DNA of 64,000 bases, taken from Eledone cirrhosa (taxonomy: Eukaryota). Below the pieces are notes generated by a model, which did no database searches, was not told the DNA's origin, and saw nothing but the letters and a program-made list of their open reading frames with translations. The position numbers and the translations under genes are program-made. Of the stretch, positions 51,005 to 64,000 are shown in pieces; positions within the stretch are counted from its first letter, which is position 1; every line of letters begins with the position of its first letter. Location: contig OZ024765.1 of NCBI GenBank assembly GCA_964016885.1, positions 7,936,001-8,000,000 of the forward strand, written 5' to 3'.

Positions 51005-51161
51005 TTGTTGTTTACAATATCAGAGGTTTCATGTTAGTCTATTTATAAGTTGTGTATGTCACATGTGCTTGAAAAACAACACCAACAACAACAACAACAC
51101 ACATTAGCTTGTGTAATCAGAACAAAAGATAGGTTTGAAAGAGGTTTCTGACATTTGAAAC

Positions 51162-52045
<884 letters not shown>

Positions 52046-52049
52046 AAAA

Positions 52050-52450
52050 GCCGACCTTACCCAATTACACCTCTCAAAGGCGATGACACACGACCATGAC
52101 CTCTGGCGTCACGCAGTAATACAGAGTACCCGACCTCCCATGGGTACAAGCTGAAGCATATAGACAATATGCCCCCACCGCAAGGTGGTCTTGGAGGTGC
52201 CACGGCAAAAAAGCACCCAGCCCACACTGTAAAGTGGACGTGTAGGCGCCACGAAAAAGCACCCAGCACTCACTGTAAATGAGGTTGGTGTTAGGAAGGG
52301 CATCCAGCTGTAGAAATCAAGCCAAATCAGTTCCTGTATGAGCAAGGCATGGTCAGCCGACCAGACACTGCCCACAACAGGACAACCCGTCTAACCCATG
52401 CTAGCATGGTAGAACGGATGTAAAACGGTGATGATGATGATGATGATGAT
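52050..52450 (+). mobile_element. RTE subfamily C 3' end
   Basis: Matches 31680-32032. Confidence 0.8.
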
Positions 52451-52453
52451 ATA

Positions 52454-52494
<41 letters not shown>

Positions 52495-52583
52495 ATATAT
52501 ATATGTGTGTGTGTGTGTATATATATATATATGTGTGTGTATACATATATATATATATATGTGTGTGTATACATATATATATG

Positions 52584-52739
52584 TGGAGGCACATGGCTTA
52601 GTGGTTAGAGCATTGGCCTTGCAATCGAATGGTTGTGAGTTCAATTCTCAGACCGGGTGATGTGTTGTTTCCTTGAGCAAGACACTTTATTTCACATTGC
52701 TCCAGTTTACTCAGCTGTAGAAATGGGATGATAGGGACT
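52584..52739 (+). mobile_element. CORE-type SINE, 5' half
   Basis: A and B boxes plus CORE-like segment. Confidence 0.8.
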
Positions 52740-52762
52740 ATATATATATATAGGAAAAAGTA

Positions 52763-52862
52763 TGACCCCAACGGCAGAGCTCAAGCCGTTTCGACGGCTA
52801 TTTCTGGACTAAATTAGAATTTTTAGCCTGGTGAATAAATAGCCGAACTTGTCAAGGGGGTA
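52763..52862 (-). ncRNA. Type I hammerhead with stable helices and mutated core
   Basis: Minus strand: ACCCC(C)-TTGACAA-G..CGGCTATTT...AAATAGCCG.C-GAAAC-GGC(ttgagctct)GCC-GTT-GGGGT. All three helices are present; core CTGACGA appears decayed. Confidence 0.6.
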
Positions 52863-53103
52863 CTTCCTTATATGGAAGATTGTAGTTGTCAAGAGGATTG
52901 GTTAAAATTTGTTGTAAACACAAATAAGTCTATCATGGCATTTGGTGGGAGGTAGGGGTGGCTGAACTTGCCTGTAGAACAATAGGGGAGAGAGTGGAGC
53001 AGTCAAGCGTTGAAAGTGATATGTATGAAGTGGAGGAGGGAGGTTATAGAATAGGCAATTTGAATGAGAGTAGGAGACAATATATATATATATATATATA
53101 TAT

Positions 53104-53569
53104 ACTGTAAATGAGGTTGGTGTTAAGAAGGGCATCCAGCTGTAGAAATCAAGCCAGTATCAGTTCCCGTTCCACCCTTGCAAACAGGGAAAAGTGGACG
53201 TAAAGTAATGATGATGATGATGATGAAATATATATATATATCATCATCATTCCATTTTATGTCCGCTTTTTCCCTGCTTGCAAGGGTGGGACGGGAACTG
53301 ATTCTGGCTTGATTTCTACAGCTGGATGCCCTTCCTAACACCAACCTCATTTACAGTGAGTGCTGGGTGCTTTTTGCCGTGGCACCTCCACGACCACTTT
53401 GCAGTGGAATGATAGGGACCCCAGTCCCTATCATCTCATTTCTACAGCTGAGTAAACTGGAACAATGTGAAATAAAGTGTCTTGCTCAAGGAAACAACAC
53501 ATCACCCGGTCTAAGAATTGAGCTCACAACCTTTCGATTGCAAGGCCAATGCTCTAACCACTAAGCCAT
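53104..53569. mobile_element. Tail-to-tail CORE-type SINE pair (partial + at 53104-53225, full - at 53241-53569)
   Basis: Family consensus in both orientations. Confidence 0.83.
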
Positions 53570-53815
53570 ATGAAGCAATATAAACTATTGATTACAACAT
53601 GGTCTTTGTGACTTTCCCTTCCATTATCTGGTAAACATATATCCCACAAGATTTATCTCCCTTGCTTACTCAGCCAAACAACAACGTTAGTAAGCTCAGT
53701 TGATGTTTTCTTTATCATCAAATCTGACAGCCATGTTTTCATCTGTCAGATAAGAAGTGAATCTTTCACTGAGTTAATTACCAGTCAATTGTATACACAG
53801 CATCTGAAATATCCC

Positions 53816-53819
53816 TGTG

Positions 53820-53878
<59 letters not shown>

Positions 53879-53942
53879 CTCTGTTTGTGTGTGTGTGTGT
53901 ATCGAAATATATATATATATGTGTCTGTCTGTGTGTCTTTGC

Positions 53943-53979
<37 letters not shown>

Positions 53980-54087
53980 TGTATGTCTGTGTATCTGTAT
54001 GTGTGTATATATATATATATGTGTGTGTGTCTTTGCGTGTATATATATATATATATATGTTTGTATGTCTGTGTATCTGTATGTGTG

Positions 54088-54118
<31 letters not shown>

Positions 54119-54173
54119 CTTTGCGTGTATATATATATATATATGTTTGTATGTCTGTGTATCTGTATGTGTG

Positions 54174-54208
<35 letters not shown>

Positions 54209-54323
54209 CTGTGTGTCTTTGCGTGTATATATATATATATATATGTTTGTATGTCTGTGTATCTGTGTGTGTATATATATATGTATATATATGTGTTTGT
54301 ATGTCTGTGTATCTGTATGTGTG

Positions 54324-54362
<39 letters not shown>

Positions 54363-54383
54363 ATGTCTGTGTGTCTTTGCGTG

Positions 54384-54420
<37 letters not shown>

Positions 54421-54521
54421 CTGTGTGTCTTTGCGTGTATATATATATATATGTTTGTATGTCTGTGTATCTGTGTGTATATATATATGAATATATATAT
54501 ATATATATGTGTGTATATGTC

Positions 54522-54552
<31 letters not shown>

Positions 54553-54613
54553 GTGTGTTTGTGTATGTCTGTGTGTGTGTATATATATATATATGTTTGT
54601 ATGTCTGTGTGTC

Positions 54614-54644
<31 letters not shown>

Positions 54645-54659
54645 GTGTGTGTGTATGTC

Positions 54660-54705
<46 letters not shown>

Positions 54706-54804
54706 TGTATGTCTGTGTATCTGTGTGTGTGTATATATATATATATATATGTGTGTATGTCTGTGTGTCTGTGTGTGTATATATATATGTTTGTATGTCT
54801 GTGT

Positions 54805-54842
<38 letters not shown>

Positions 54843-54855
54843 GTGTGTGTATGTC

Positions 54856-54927
<72 letters not shown>

Positions 54928-55015
54928 TTATATGTCTGTGTATCTGTGTGTGTATATATATATGTGTATGTCTGTGTGTGTGTGTGAGTACATGTATATA
55001 TGCATATATATATGT
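53816..55015. repeat. (TG)/(TA) compound microsatellite with GTTTGTATGTCTGTGTATCTG motif
   Basis: Directly visible. Confidence 0.93.
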
Positions 55016-55418
55016 CCCCCCCCCCCCCCACCACCACCACCAACAACAACAACAACCACTGACTACACAAACAGTCCCAGCTACCTGTCAGTATTTACAG
55101 AAACCTTATTGACAGAGGTGATGATTCTGCCTAGAAGGTCACATACAGGCTGGCTTGAGATGCTAGAAATAGCAGTAAAGTATCTCCTGAATTTTACCAC
55201 TATCTATTTACAGTCATCCCCATCATCAGCCTCATCGATTAACGTCTATCTTCCACGCTAGCATGGGTTGTTATTGCTTTGCAGCACATAGTTATGGCCC
55301 TTTACGTTCTGATATGTATTCTCCATTCCTTCCATAGACAATATGTTTCTCACCCTGGTGGTATTCTTTCCCCTATAAATGAACACCAACCTCTTTGTGT
55401 ATTTTCTCTATATACTGA

Positions 55419-55449
<31 letters not shown>

Positions 55450-55452
55450 ATA

Positions 55453-55800
55453 TACTAGCAGTGGTACCCGGCGTTGCACAGGAAAAGGTATTTTGGAATG
55501 TGGGCCGCCAACAAACCTAATTGTGGAAAAACTGCGTGTTTGCACAATATGTAAAGAAAATAAACTGATGGCTGGATAATCTTTAGGATTTTCCTCGATG
55601 AAGCCGAAAAAATACAGGTTTTCACCTAATGTGGGCCCTAGGGGATAGAAGAAAATGAATTTTTTTTATGTGCATAATATGCCTTGAAATTTCGGGAAAA
55701 TCAGCTAGACATAACACCTCAAAAAAGCCCTAAAAAGCTGAAAACATGAAGATTTTCACCTCATGCGGGCCCTAGGCCATAAAAAAAATGGATTTTCTTT
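55453..55800 (+). mobile_element. Possible Helentron/HINE-like non-autonomous fragment
   Basis: Begins ACTAGCAGTGGTACCCGGCGTTGCACAGG directly after (TA)n, resembling HINE/DINE-type termini. Internal GGGCCCTAGG repeat. Confidence 0.4.
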
Positions 55801-55804
55801 GCTC

Positions 55805-56152
55805 TCCATGTGTCTAACACACGTGGACATGCCTACAAAATCGGAAAACGGCACAGCTCCCATGACTTTCGGAAACATTATTTCATGCTCAGAGTTGCTG
55901 CAGCATGGAACAAACTGCCTGCGTCAGTTGTTAGCTGCCGAGACACTGCATCCTTTGAAACCCTCATGCTTCCCGAAATACGCCAAAACTACACTTGATG
56001 TACCCCTTCCATACACATGCACACGTGTATATCATGACTCATGCACTGTTCATTTTGCTGACGTTTGTACATTAACCTATGTACTATACATACACTGTTT
56101 GATGAGTTGTAGTGCACCTGAGCACTGTACACAATATTTCATTATTATTTAT
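55805..56152 (+). mobile_element. CR1-type LINE 3' end
   Basis: NTRGHAYKIGKRHS...RKHYFMLRVAAAWNKLPASVVSC, then 3' UTR and (ATT)n tail. A further tail fragment lies at 59425-59575. Confidence 0.82.
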
Positions 56153-56156
56153 TATT

Positions 56157-56329
56157 TATCGGTAGAGGGTCGGACGCCATGCTTTCCAGCATAGTTACGT
56201 CCCTTTACGATCTGAGTTCAAATCCCGCCGAGGTTGACTTTGCCTTTCATCCTTATGGGGTCGATAAAATAAAGAAACCAGTAATGCACTGGGTAATTGC
56301 TGGCCTCGTGCCTAAAGTAGAAACAATTA
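56157..56329 (+). mobile_element. Meta-domain-like SINE, near full length
   Basis: Family consensus. Confidence 0.85.
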
Positions 56330-56705
56330 TTATAAACACCGTAACAGGAGAAAAAATGAAAAAATAAAAGATTAAAGTTTTTTTGTGGGAAATAACTCTT
56401 CCCAAAATACTTTGTAAGAGTTGCTTCCCTTGAAAATACTTTTTTTTCCGCTTTTCGTTGCGGTATTCTTTTTTTTAGAAACACACAGACATACACTATA
56501 TACAAACACACAGACACACACACATACACCACACACACACCACATACACACACACACATACACCACACACACACACACCACACACACACACACACATATA
56601 CACCACACACAAACCACACACACACACACACACCACACACACACACACACAACGTTTAAGCAAACAGAGGACAGCCGTTCTTATATATATATAAATATAT
56701 ATATA

Positions 56706-57348
56706 TCATCATCATCATCATCATCATCATTTTACGTCCGCTTTTCCCTGCTTGCAAGGGTGGGACGGGTCCTATTCAGCACAGCATCTCTCCACTTATC
56801 ACGGTCCTTTGTCATCTCCACCGTGAGCTTCAGCGATCTGAGGTCTGTTCTCACCAACTCCGCCCATGTTTTTCGTGGTCTACCTCTACCACGTCTTCCT
56901 TCAACTGCCATTTCCTGGCACTTCTTCAACTAACGGTCATCCTCCATGCGCATCACATGTCCATACCACCTCAGTCTCCTCTCTCGCACACTACATTCTA
57001 TTCCTCTCAGACCCAGTTTCTCTCTCAACTCGTCTATGCTGGGTCGTTCACGCACATTGACATTGCACATCCAATGGAGCATGCTTGCCTCATTTCTCTC
57101 CAGCTGTCGCATATCCTCTGCAGTTGCTGCCCATGTCTCACTACCATGCAACATCGCGCTCCTCACACAGGCATCATATAACCTTCGTATGCAGGGAGAA
57201 ACCCTTCTTTGTCAGTAGAGGAAGCAACTCCCTAAACTTCTTCCAACCCGTCCTTATTCTAGATACTATGGTCTCGGAACATCCCCTCCCATGCTAATCT
57301 GATCACCTAGGTACCGGAAGCTATCAACCACTTCTATAGAACCCACCT
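56706..57348 (-). mobile_element. RTE LINE 3' fragment (subfamily B)
   Basis: MLHGSETW...RRLRWYGHV...GRPRKTW...TRPTLASREKRT* with (ATG)n tail. Confidence 0.88.
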
Positions 57349-57449
57349 GCATTAGCAAAATGTGTCTATCACTACGATTACTACTTTATCTAGGGCCCTT
57401 CTAAATTTGTAAGCTAATTCACCTCTAGGGGTTGTATCGATGAACATTA

Positions 57450-58270
57450 CACTTTAGAAGAGCCCTAGATAAACATAAACTCAATATTACGATAGTAGAA
57501 AGACCAGGTACCTCTATAAAAACACTTATTAGCAATACATACCCTTTTCAAATACCTCCCCTGTATAGATAAGAAATGTATAATCTCTAAACTAAGCCTC
57601 AATATTAACTGTAAAACTAGAAATGTAGTATATAGCATAAGATGTACTGAAGGACAATGTAGAGATAAGAATATAGTGTACATAGGTGAGACAGCTCGTA
57701 GTATAGGGGAACAGATAAATGAACACTGGCGAGAGCTTCAAGATAGAAAAGAATCATCTGTATTCCACCACCATGATAAAATAGAACATAAGGGTAAATT
57801 AGAGAACATAGAAATAAAAATAGAATCTACACACAGAAAAGACGCAATGTTTAGACAAATCACAGAGGCAATAAACATAAAAGAATTACAACCAAAATTA
57901 AATAGAAAACATGAGTGGAACAGCAACATCACAACTTAGAATTAAGGACAAAATGAAAACACACACACACATAGAACAAACAACCAACCAGTAACATGTA
58001 AATAAACAAATAAATAAACAAATATAAACACACACAGACACCCGGATGTAACACATGCGCAAACTAAGCACACAACACACACAAAAACAAGATGGCGTAG
58101 GACAGAACAAAGGAGAGGCACAAAAACAAAGAAAAGAATCCCCAGTCACTGAAGAGGTCACAGAATGTGTGACGAAAGAACTTTGACAATATATGAACAA
58201 TCGTCTGGTTGTGGAACCAACCAACCAGAAATTTATAAATTCCTAAATTTATAAATTTAATTTATAATAA
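57450..58270 (+). mobile_element. Penelope-like element 3' part: GIY-YIG endonuclease remnant and pseudo-LTR
   Basis: NINCKTRNVVYSIRC...YIGETARSIGEQINEH...RQITEAINI...PKLNRKHEW. A hammerhead follows downstream, and a short inversion (57385-57403 vs 57451-57471) marks the 5' junction. Confidence 0.85.
58145..58187 (+). ncRNA. Minimal type I hammerhead in Penelope pseudo-LTR
   Basis: GTCA-CTGAAGA-G-GTCAC(agaatgt)GTGAC-GAAAG-AA-CTT-TGAC. Confidence 0.75.
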
Positions 58271-58464
58271 ATTGGAGTGAAAGCAACTGGTGCGTGTGTT
58301 TCTTATTGGCAACATGACCCTCCCAAAGTATAACAATATCGGTTTCAACACACGTTTTCAGCTTTTTCGTGGTGCCTACACGTCCACTTTACAGTGTGGG
58401 CTGGGTGCTTTTTTGCCGTAGCACCTCCACGACCACCTTGCGGTGGGGGGGGGGGGGGGGGCAT

Positions 58465-58498
<34 letters not shown>

Positions 58499-58518
58499 CA
58501 TATATATATATATACATT

Positions 58519-58557
<39 letters not shown>

Positions 58558-58600
58558 CTATATATCAAAATGAAAATCTGAAGGCAAGGTAAAATTCCAA

Positions 58601-58689
58601 TCATTTTAATCACGACACATGTTTCAATAAGAGATAGATCGATCGTGAAGCCATGATCAATTATCACTGATCTCATCAGGTGAAAATGA
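58601..58689 (-). ncRNA. Type I hammerhead ribozyme, second copy of 15802-15888
   Basis: Reverse complement with intact core; helix III reads GAAAC-ATGT-GTC (2 nt longer). Confidence 0.8.
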
Positions 58690-59068
58690 ATTGTCTTCAA
58701 ATTCTTTATATGAGGGAGAAAATTATCAATGTTCACTCAGAGAGTTTAGTCCCTCATATGAAGAACAAGCAGTCAAAACACAGCGACTGCTATCGTCTTC
58801 AGTTAGGGTCATAAAACTATCAAGTCTCTATCTCCCAATAGCTGTAAAAGATGGTGGACATCAATCAAATCTGTAGAATTACAGTCGGTCAAAGTTAATG
58901 TGAGTGGGTACACACACACACACTCACACACATGACGCGAGGTCAAAGAAAAAAAATATATATATACATATACCAACACAGCATCAAATCTGTAGAACTA
59001 TAGACGGTCAGTTAGTGTGAGTGGGTACACACACACACACACTCAACACCCATACACACATGTATGTA

Positions 59069-59408
59069 TGGAGGCACATGGCTTAGTGGTTAGAGCATTG
59101 GCCTTGCAATCGAAAGATTGTGAGTTCAATTCTCAGACCGAGTGATGTGTTGTTTCCTTGAGCAAGACACTTTATTTCACATTGCTCCAGTTTACTCAGC
59201 TTTAGAAATGAGATGATAGGGACTGGGGTCCCTATCATTCCACTGCAAAGTGGTCGTGGAGGTGCCACGGCAAAAAAACCAACAGCACTCCCTGTAAATG
59301 AGGTTGGTGTTAGGAAGGGCATCCAGCTGTAGAAATCAAGCCAGAATCAGTTCCCGTCCCACCCTTGCAAGTAGGGAAAAGCGGAGGTAAAATGATGATG
59401 ATGATGAT
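59069..59408 (+). mobile_element. CORE-type SINE, full length
   Basis: Family consensus; shares its head-flanking sequence with 15079-15416. Confidence 0.85.
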
Positions 59409-59832
59409 ATAAGTATATATACATATCCCTCCATACACACCCAAACATGTATTTCATGACTCATACAATGTTCGCTTTCCTGACATTTGAACATTATTCT
59501 ATGTACTATACATGCACCTTTGATGAGTTGTAGTGCACCTGAGCACTGTACACAATAATTTCATTATCATTATCATATATATATGTATATATATATATAT
59601 ATATATTTATTAAAATAACAGATAAAGTTTAAGCAAAGAATCGCTGCTTTCACCCTTAACGGGATCTTCAGAATATCCCGTTAAAGGTGAAAGCAGCGAT
59701 TCTTAAACTTTATCTGTTATTTTAATAAATATTTGCTCTAGGGTTCTTATATATTTGATACATATTTATCCTTATCGATTTTAGTCTTCACATTTATTAT
59801 TTTTACTATATATATATATATATATATATATA

Positions 59833-60165
59833 TCATCATCATCATCATCATTTTACGTCCACTTTTCCCTGCTTGCAAGGGTGGGACGGGAACTGATTCT
59901 GGCTTGATTTCTACAGCTGGATGCCCTTCCTAACACCAACCTCATTTACAGTGAGTGCTGGGTGCTTTTTTGCCGTGGCACCTCCACGACCACTTTGCAG
60001 TGGAATGATAGGGACCCCAGTCTCATTTCTACAGCTGAGTAAACTGGAGCAATGTGAAATAAAGTGTCTTGCTCAAGGAAACAACACATCACCCAGTCTG
60101 AGAATTGAACTCACAACATTTCGATTGCAAGGCCAATGCTCTAACCACTAAGCCATGTGCCTCCA
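59833..60165 (-). mobile_element. CORE-type SINE, near full length
   Basis: Family consensus in reverse complement. Confidence 0.85.
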
Positions 60166-60391
60166 TTTATATGTATATATATATATATATATATAATGAA
60201 GGAAGTGTGGTAAGGAACCAGGCGGACCATAACGCACCAGAGTACTCAATACTTTGGGTAGTAGAGTAGGTAATAGGGAAAAGATTCAGGACCCCGACGG
60301 CAGAGCTCAAGCCGTTTCGTCGGCTATTTCTGGTCCAAAATAGCCATCGAAACGGCTTGAGCTCTGCCATTCGGGATCCTGAATCTTTTCC

Positions 60392-60422
<31 letters not shown>

Positions 60423-60459
60423 ATAATAATAAATGTGGAGACTAAAATTGAAAGAGGGC

Positions 60460-60507
<48 letters not shown>

Positions 60508-61156
60508 CATATAGGACATTTAGAAGAATTTTCTTTAACAAAAATCAATATGGATCTAACCCTGTCTGGTTGACCTAATATGGGTCTATCAAAAGGACAA
60601 ATTTATCTAATATTGTATATGAGAAATATCACATCTTTTTCAGGAAACCGGAATATTAAAATATCTGTGATATCCTTTTCTTAATTAGATATGCCAGTTC
60701 TTTTCGCAGAACTGAGATCAATATACAATAAATCTTCATAGATTTTCATTTATATTGAGTTTCTTTTTAGCTGCAGATAATAAAATGTGAAATATAGAAA
60801 TAAAAATGATGTATAAATAGATGATAGAAAGTGTGTATGTTTGTGTAAGTGTCTATAGTTTATGTGTATATATATATATATGTTATGTATATATATATAT
60901 ATTATATATTTATATATATATATATATATATATAACGTATAAATATGTGTGTATATATATATATATATATGTCTATAACTTATATAAACACATATATATA
61001 TATATATATATGCATATATATATATTATTAGCCATCGAATGGGCTGGAGCTCAGCCGTCGGGGTCCTACTCATTCCTATTACCCACTCTACTACCCTAAG
61101 TATTGAGTACTTTGGTGCGTTATGGTCCACCTGGTTCCTTACCACATTTCCTTCGT

Positions 61157-61576
61157 TATATTCATATATATATATTCATATATATATATATATACATATA
61201 TATACATGTATATATATATTCATATATATATATATATATGAATATATATATATATATATATATGAATATATATATATATATATATATATTCATATATATA
61301 TATACGTATATATATATACATATATATATATATATTTATACATTTCATATACATGTATATATATATTCATATATATATATTCATATATATATATACATAT
61401 ATATATATTTATACATATATATACATGTATATATATATTCATATATATATATATTCATATATATATACATATATATATATATATACATATATATATACAT
61501 ATATATATATATATATTTATATACATATATATATATATATACATATTTATATATATACATATTTATATATATACAC

Positions 61577-61609
<33 letters not shown>

Positions 61610-61614
61610 CATAC

Positions 61615-61683
<69 letters not shown>

Positions 61684-61686
61684 CAC

Positions 61687-61735
<49 letters not shown>

Positions 61736-61750
61736 CATATATATATATAC

Positions 61751-61801
<51 letters not shown>

Positions 61802-61816
61802 TATATATAAATATAT

Positions 61817-61861
<45 letters not shown>

Positions 61862-61875
61862 CATATATATATATC
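61157..61875. repeat. (TA)n/TATACA microsatellite
   Basis: Directly visible. Confidence 0.95.
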
Positions 61876-62304
61876 AAAGTTAGAACTATATTATCAATAC
61901 TCGGGAGAGAGTAGAGAGAAGAAAGAGACTTCTAGAATGTAATAGCCAGCTCTGCAGAGAAGGGAATAACTTAATACTTTATATGTTGTATATAAGAGTT
62001 TAGTGAAGAACCAGGTATTAGTGTGGTATAAACTTGTAAGAAAAAGCAGAGCATATATATATATTTATATATATATATATAAAGGTGTGAATGGAAACTC
62101 AATTTCCTTTCAACATATATATAAATGAAATATATATATATATATATCATCATCATTTTTACGTCCGCTTTTCCCTGCTCGCAAGGGTATATATATGTAT
62201 ATACCAAATCAACTTTTCAAATAGAAGTCGAAGTTGAAAGGTATGTCGAATCTATCTATTTATAAGACTGTTTATATTGTATTTTGTCTGAAGAAGGCAT
62301 AACA

Positions 62305-62396
<92 letters not shown>

Positions 62397-62549
62397 TATA
62401 TATATATCAATATATATATAAATAAATATATATACATATATATTTATATATACATATAAATAAATATATATATATTTATATTTATATAAAAAAATATATA
62501 TATATATATATTTATATAAATAAATATATATATATATATTTATATAAAA

Positions 62550-62594
<45 letters not shown>

Positions 62595-62618
62595 AATAAA
62601 TATATATCTATATCTATT

Positions 62619-62667
<49 letters not shown>

Positions 62668-62694
62668 AAAAGCGAACATAAAATGATGATGATG

Positions 62695-62737
<43 letters not shown>

Positions 62738-62739
<2 letters not shown>

Positions 62740-63395
62740 ACTAGAAATTGATTGACATATTTATATATCTAAAATAAACATATGAAACAATCACAGGGAA
62801 TAATTTGTAAAAGTGTGTAAGCACACATAGCTAGGTAGGTAACTAATTAAAGTTTAACTAGAAATTTAAAAATAGATACTTCATAAATTGATTAATCTTC
62901 CTTGTATATATTTCATTAAAGAAATTGAAAGGACTCGGCTGCTATTTCTAGTTGTCGATAACCCTTTTCACGCCACTGGGATGAAGCTGGTACGATGTGT
63001 CATTCGCAGATTTGAATTTGCTGTGTAAACGCAGATAGTTAGATCTTCTCCCTTGTTGAAAATCCGATTGGCTACTGTGGTTTACCGATCGGTTAATGGT
63101 GAAATATATTTCTTTAATGAAATATATACAAGGAAGATTAATCAATTTATAAGGTATCTATTTTTAAAGTTCTAGTTAAACTTTAATTAGTTACCTACCT
63201 AGCTATGTGTGATTACACACTTTTACAAATTATTCCCTGTGATTGTTTCATATGTTTATTTTAGATATATATATATGTCAATCAATTTCTAGTTGATATA
63301 AAATGCTCAGATCTATTTATTGGAATCTTGGAGCATATTCTACAGTGGATATGGCGCATGTCTCTCTGACATGACACCCTTAATTTAATTTTGGA
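62738..63395. repeat. Fold-back copy of the unclassified repeat seen at 49476-50100
   Basis: 62738-62925 is the reverse complement of ~63112-63298. Confidence 0.8.
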
Positions 63396-63559
63396 TATAT
63401 ATATATCATCATTCATCATCATTTCATTTTACGTCCGCTTTTTCCCTGCTTGCAAGGGTGGGACGGGAACTGATGCTGGCTTGGTTTCTACGGCTGGATG
63501 CCCTTCCTAACACCAACCTATATATGTATTTATGTATATATTATATATATAAATATATA

Positions 63560-63611
<52 letters not shown>

Positions 63612-63685
63612 GTTATTCCGGGTTGAATCGGAGGTAACCACAGTAAGTAAGGTACTCAATACATTGCAGAGTATAAAAGTTTTAA

Positions 63686-63810
63686 TATAGATGAGATTCT
63701 ACAGGACTAGAACTGTTTCATTCTTTAGAAATCATCAGGAATCAGGATTCAGGATTCCTGATGATTTCTAAAAAATGAAACAGTTCTAGTCGTGTAGAAT
63801 CTCATCTATA
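63686..63810. repeat. Fold-back with a hammerhead-like core on each arm
   Basis: CTGATGATTTCTAAA(G/A)AATGAAACAGTTCTAGTC on both strands; a degenerate relative lies at 40822-40866. Confidence 0.7.
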
Positions 63811-63966
63811 TATATATATATATATATATATTCATATATATATTTATATATATATATATAATAGAAAGAATGAGGAAGTTTCGTTTACATACTACCTACA
63901 CTATATATATATATATATATATACAATATATTAATAAATGGAAACTATATTTATAAAACCATATTC

Positions 63967-63997
<31 letters not shown>

Positions 63998-64000
63998 TAT

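Noticed and set aside
53670-53803. Possible minus-strand exon (TTTCAG acceptor, [14 protein letters not shown] donor)
   Set aside because: All frames close quickly and no partner exon was identified; unsupported without RNA data.
60505-60800. Unique-looking AT-rich stretch, possibly decayed coding sequence (also 61876-62050)
   Set aside because: No recognisable motif in the frames I examined.

Overview
This is eukaryotic, AT-rich, repeat-dense animal DNA. The tandem C2H2 zinc-finger genes (YHC[DE]ICGKSF...HTGEKP), tRNA-derived CORE- and Meta-type SINEs, RTE LINEs and very long (TA)n tracts suggest a cephalopod such as octopus; this is inference, not tested. Genes: a plus-strand C2H2-ZNF cluster in 1-15 kb (one partial gene, intact 11- and 18-finger genes, two decayed copies). 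A spliced minus-strand ankyrin-repeat + SOCS-box gene has three phase-consistent coding exons (38254-37171, 34183-33991, 27764-27461; about 526 aa), and its SOCS exon is missing from the ORF track. The rest is a mosaic of RTE, CR1, CRE, R2-like, Penelope-like, Merlin, hAT and TTAA (piggyBac-like) elements, many with internal minisatellite expansions. Strongest hidden signals: (i) many type I hammerhead-ribozyme motifs of several families, the intact ones in the ANK-SOCS gene lying antisense to it and several at fold-back centres; (ii) an ~850 bp SINE + structured RNA + hammerhead cassette present twice in inverted orientation 43 kb apart; (iii) a 2.8 kb TTAA-flanked, satellite-filled element whose target site overlaps the ANK-SOCS stop codon; (iv) a SINE built from two different local RTE 3' ends. 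All ORFs made of Y/I/C/V repeats are microsatellite artefacts. Coordinates were read by hand and repeat edges are approximate.
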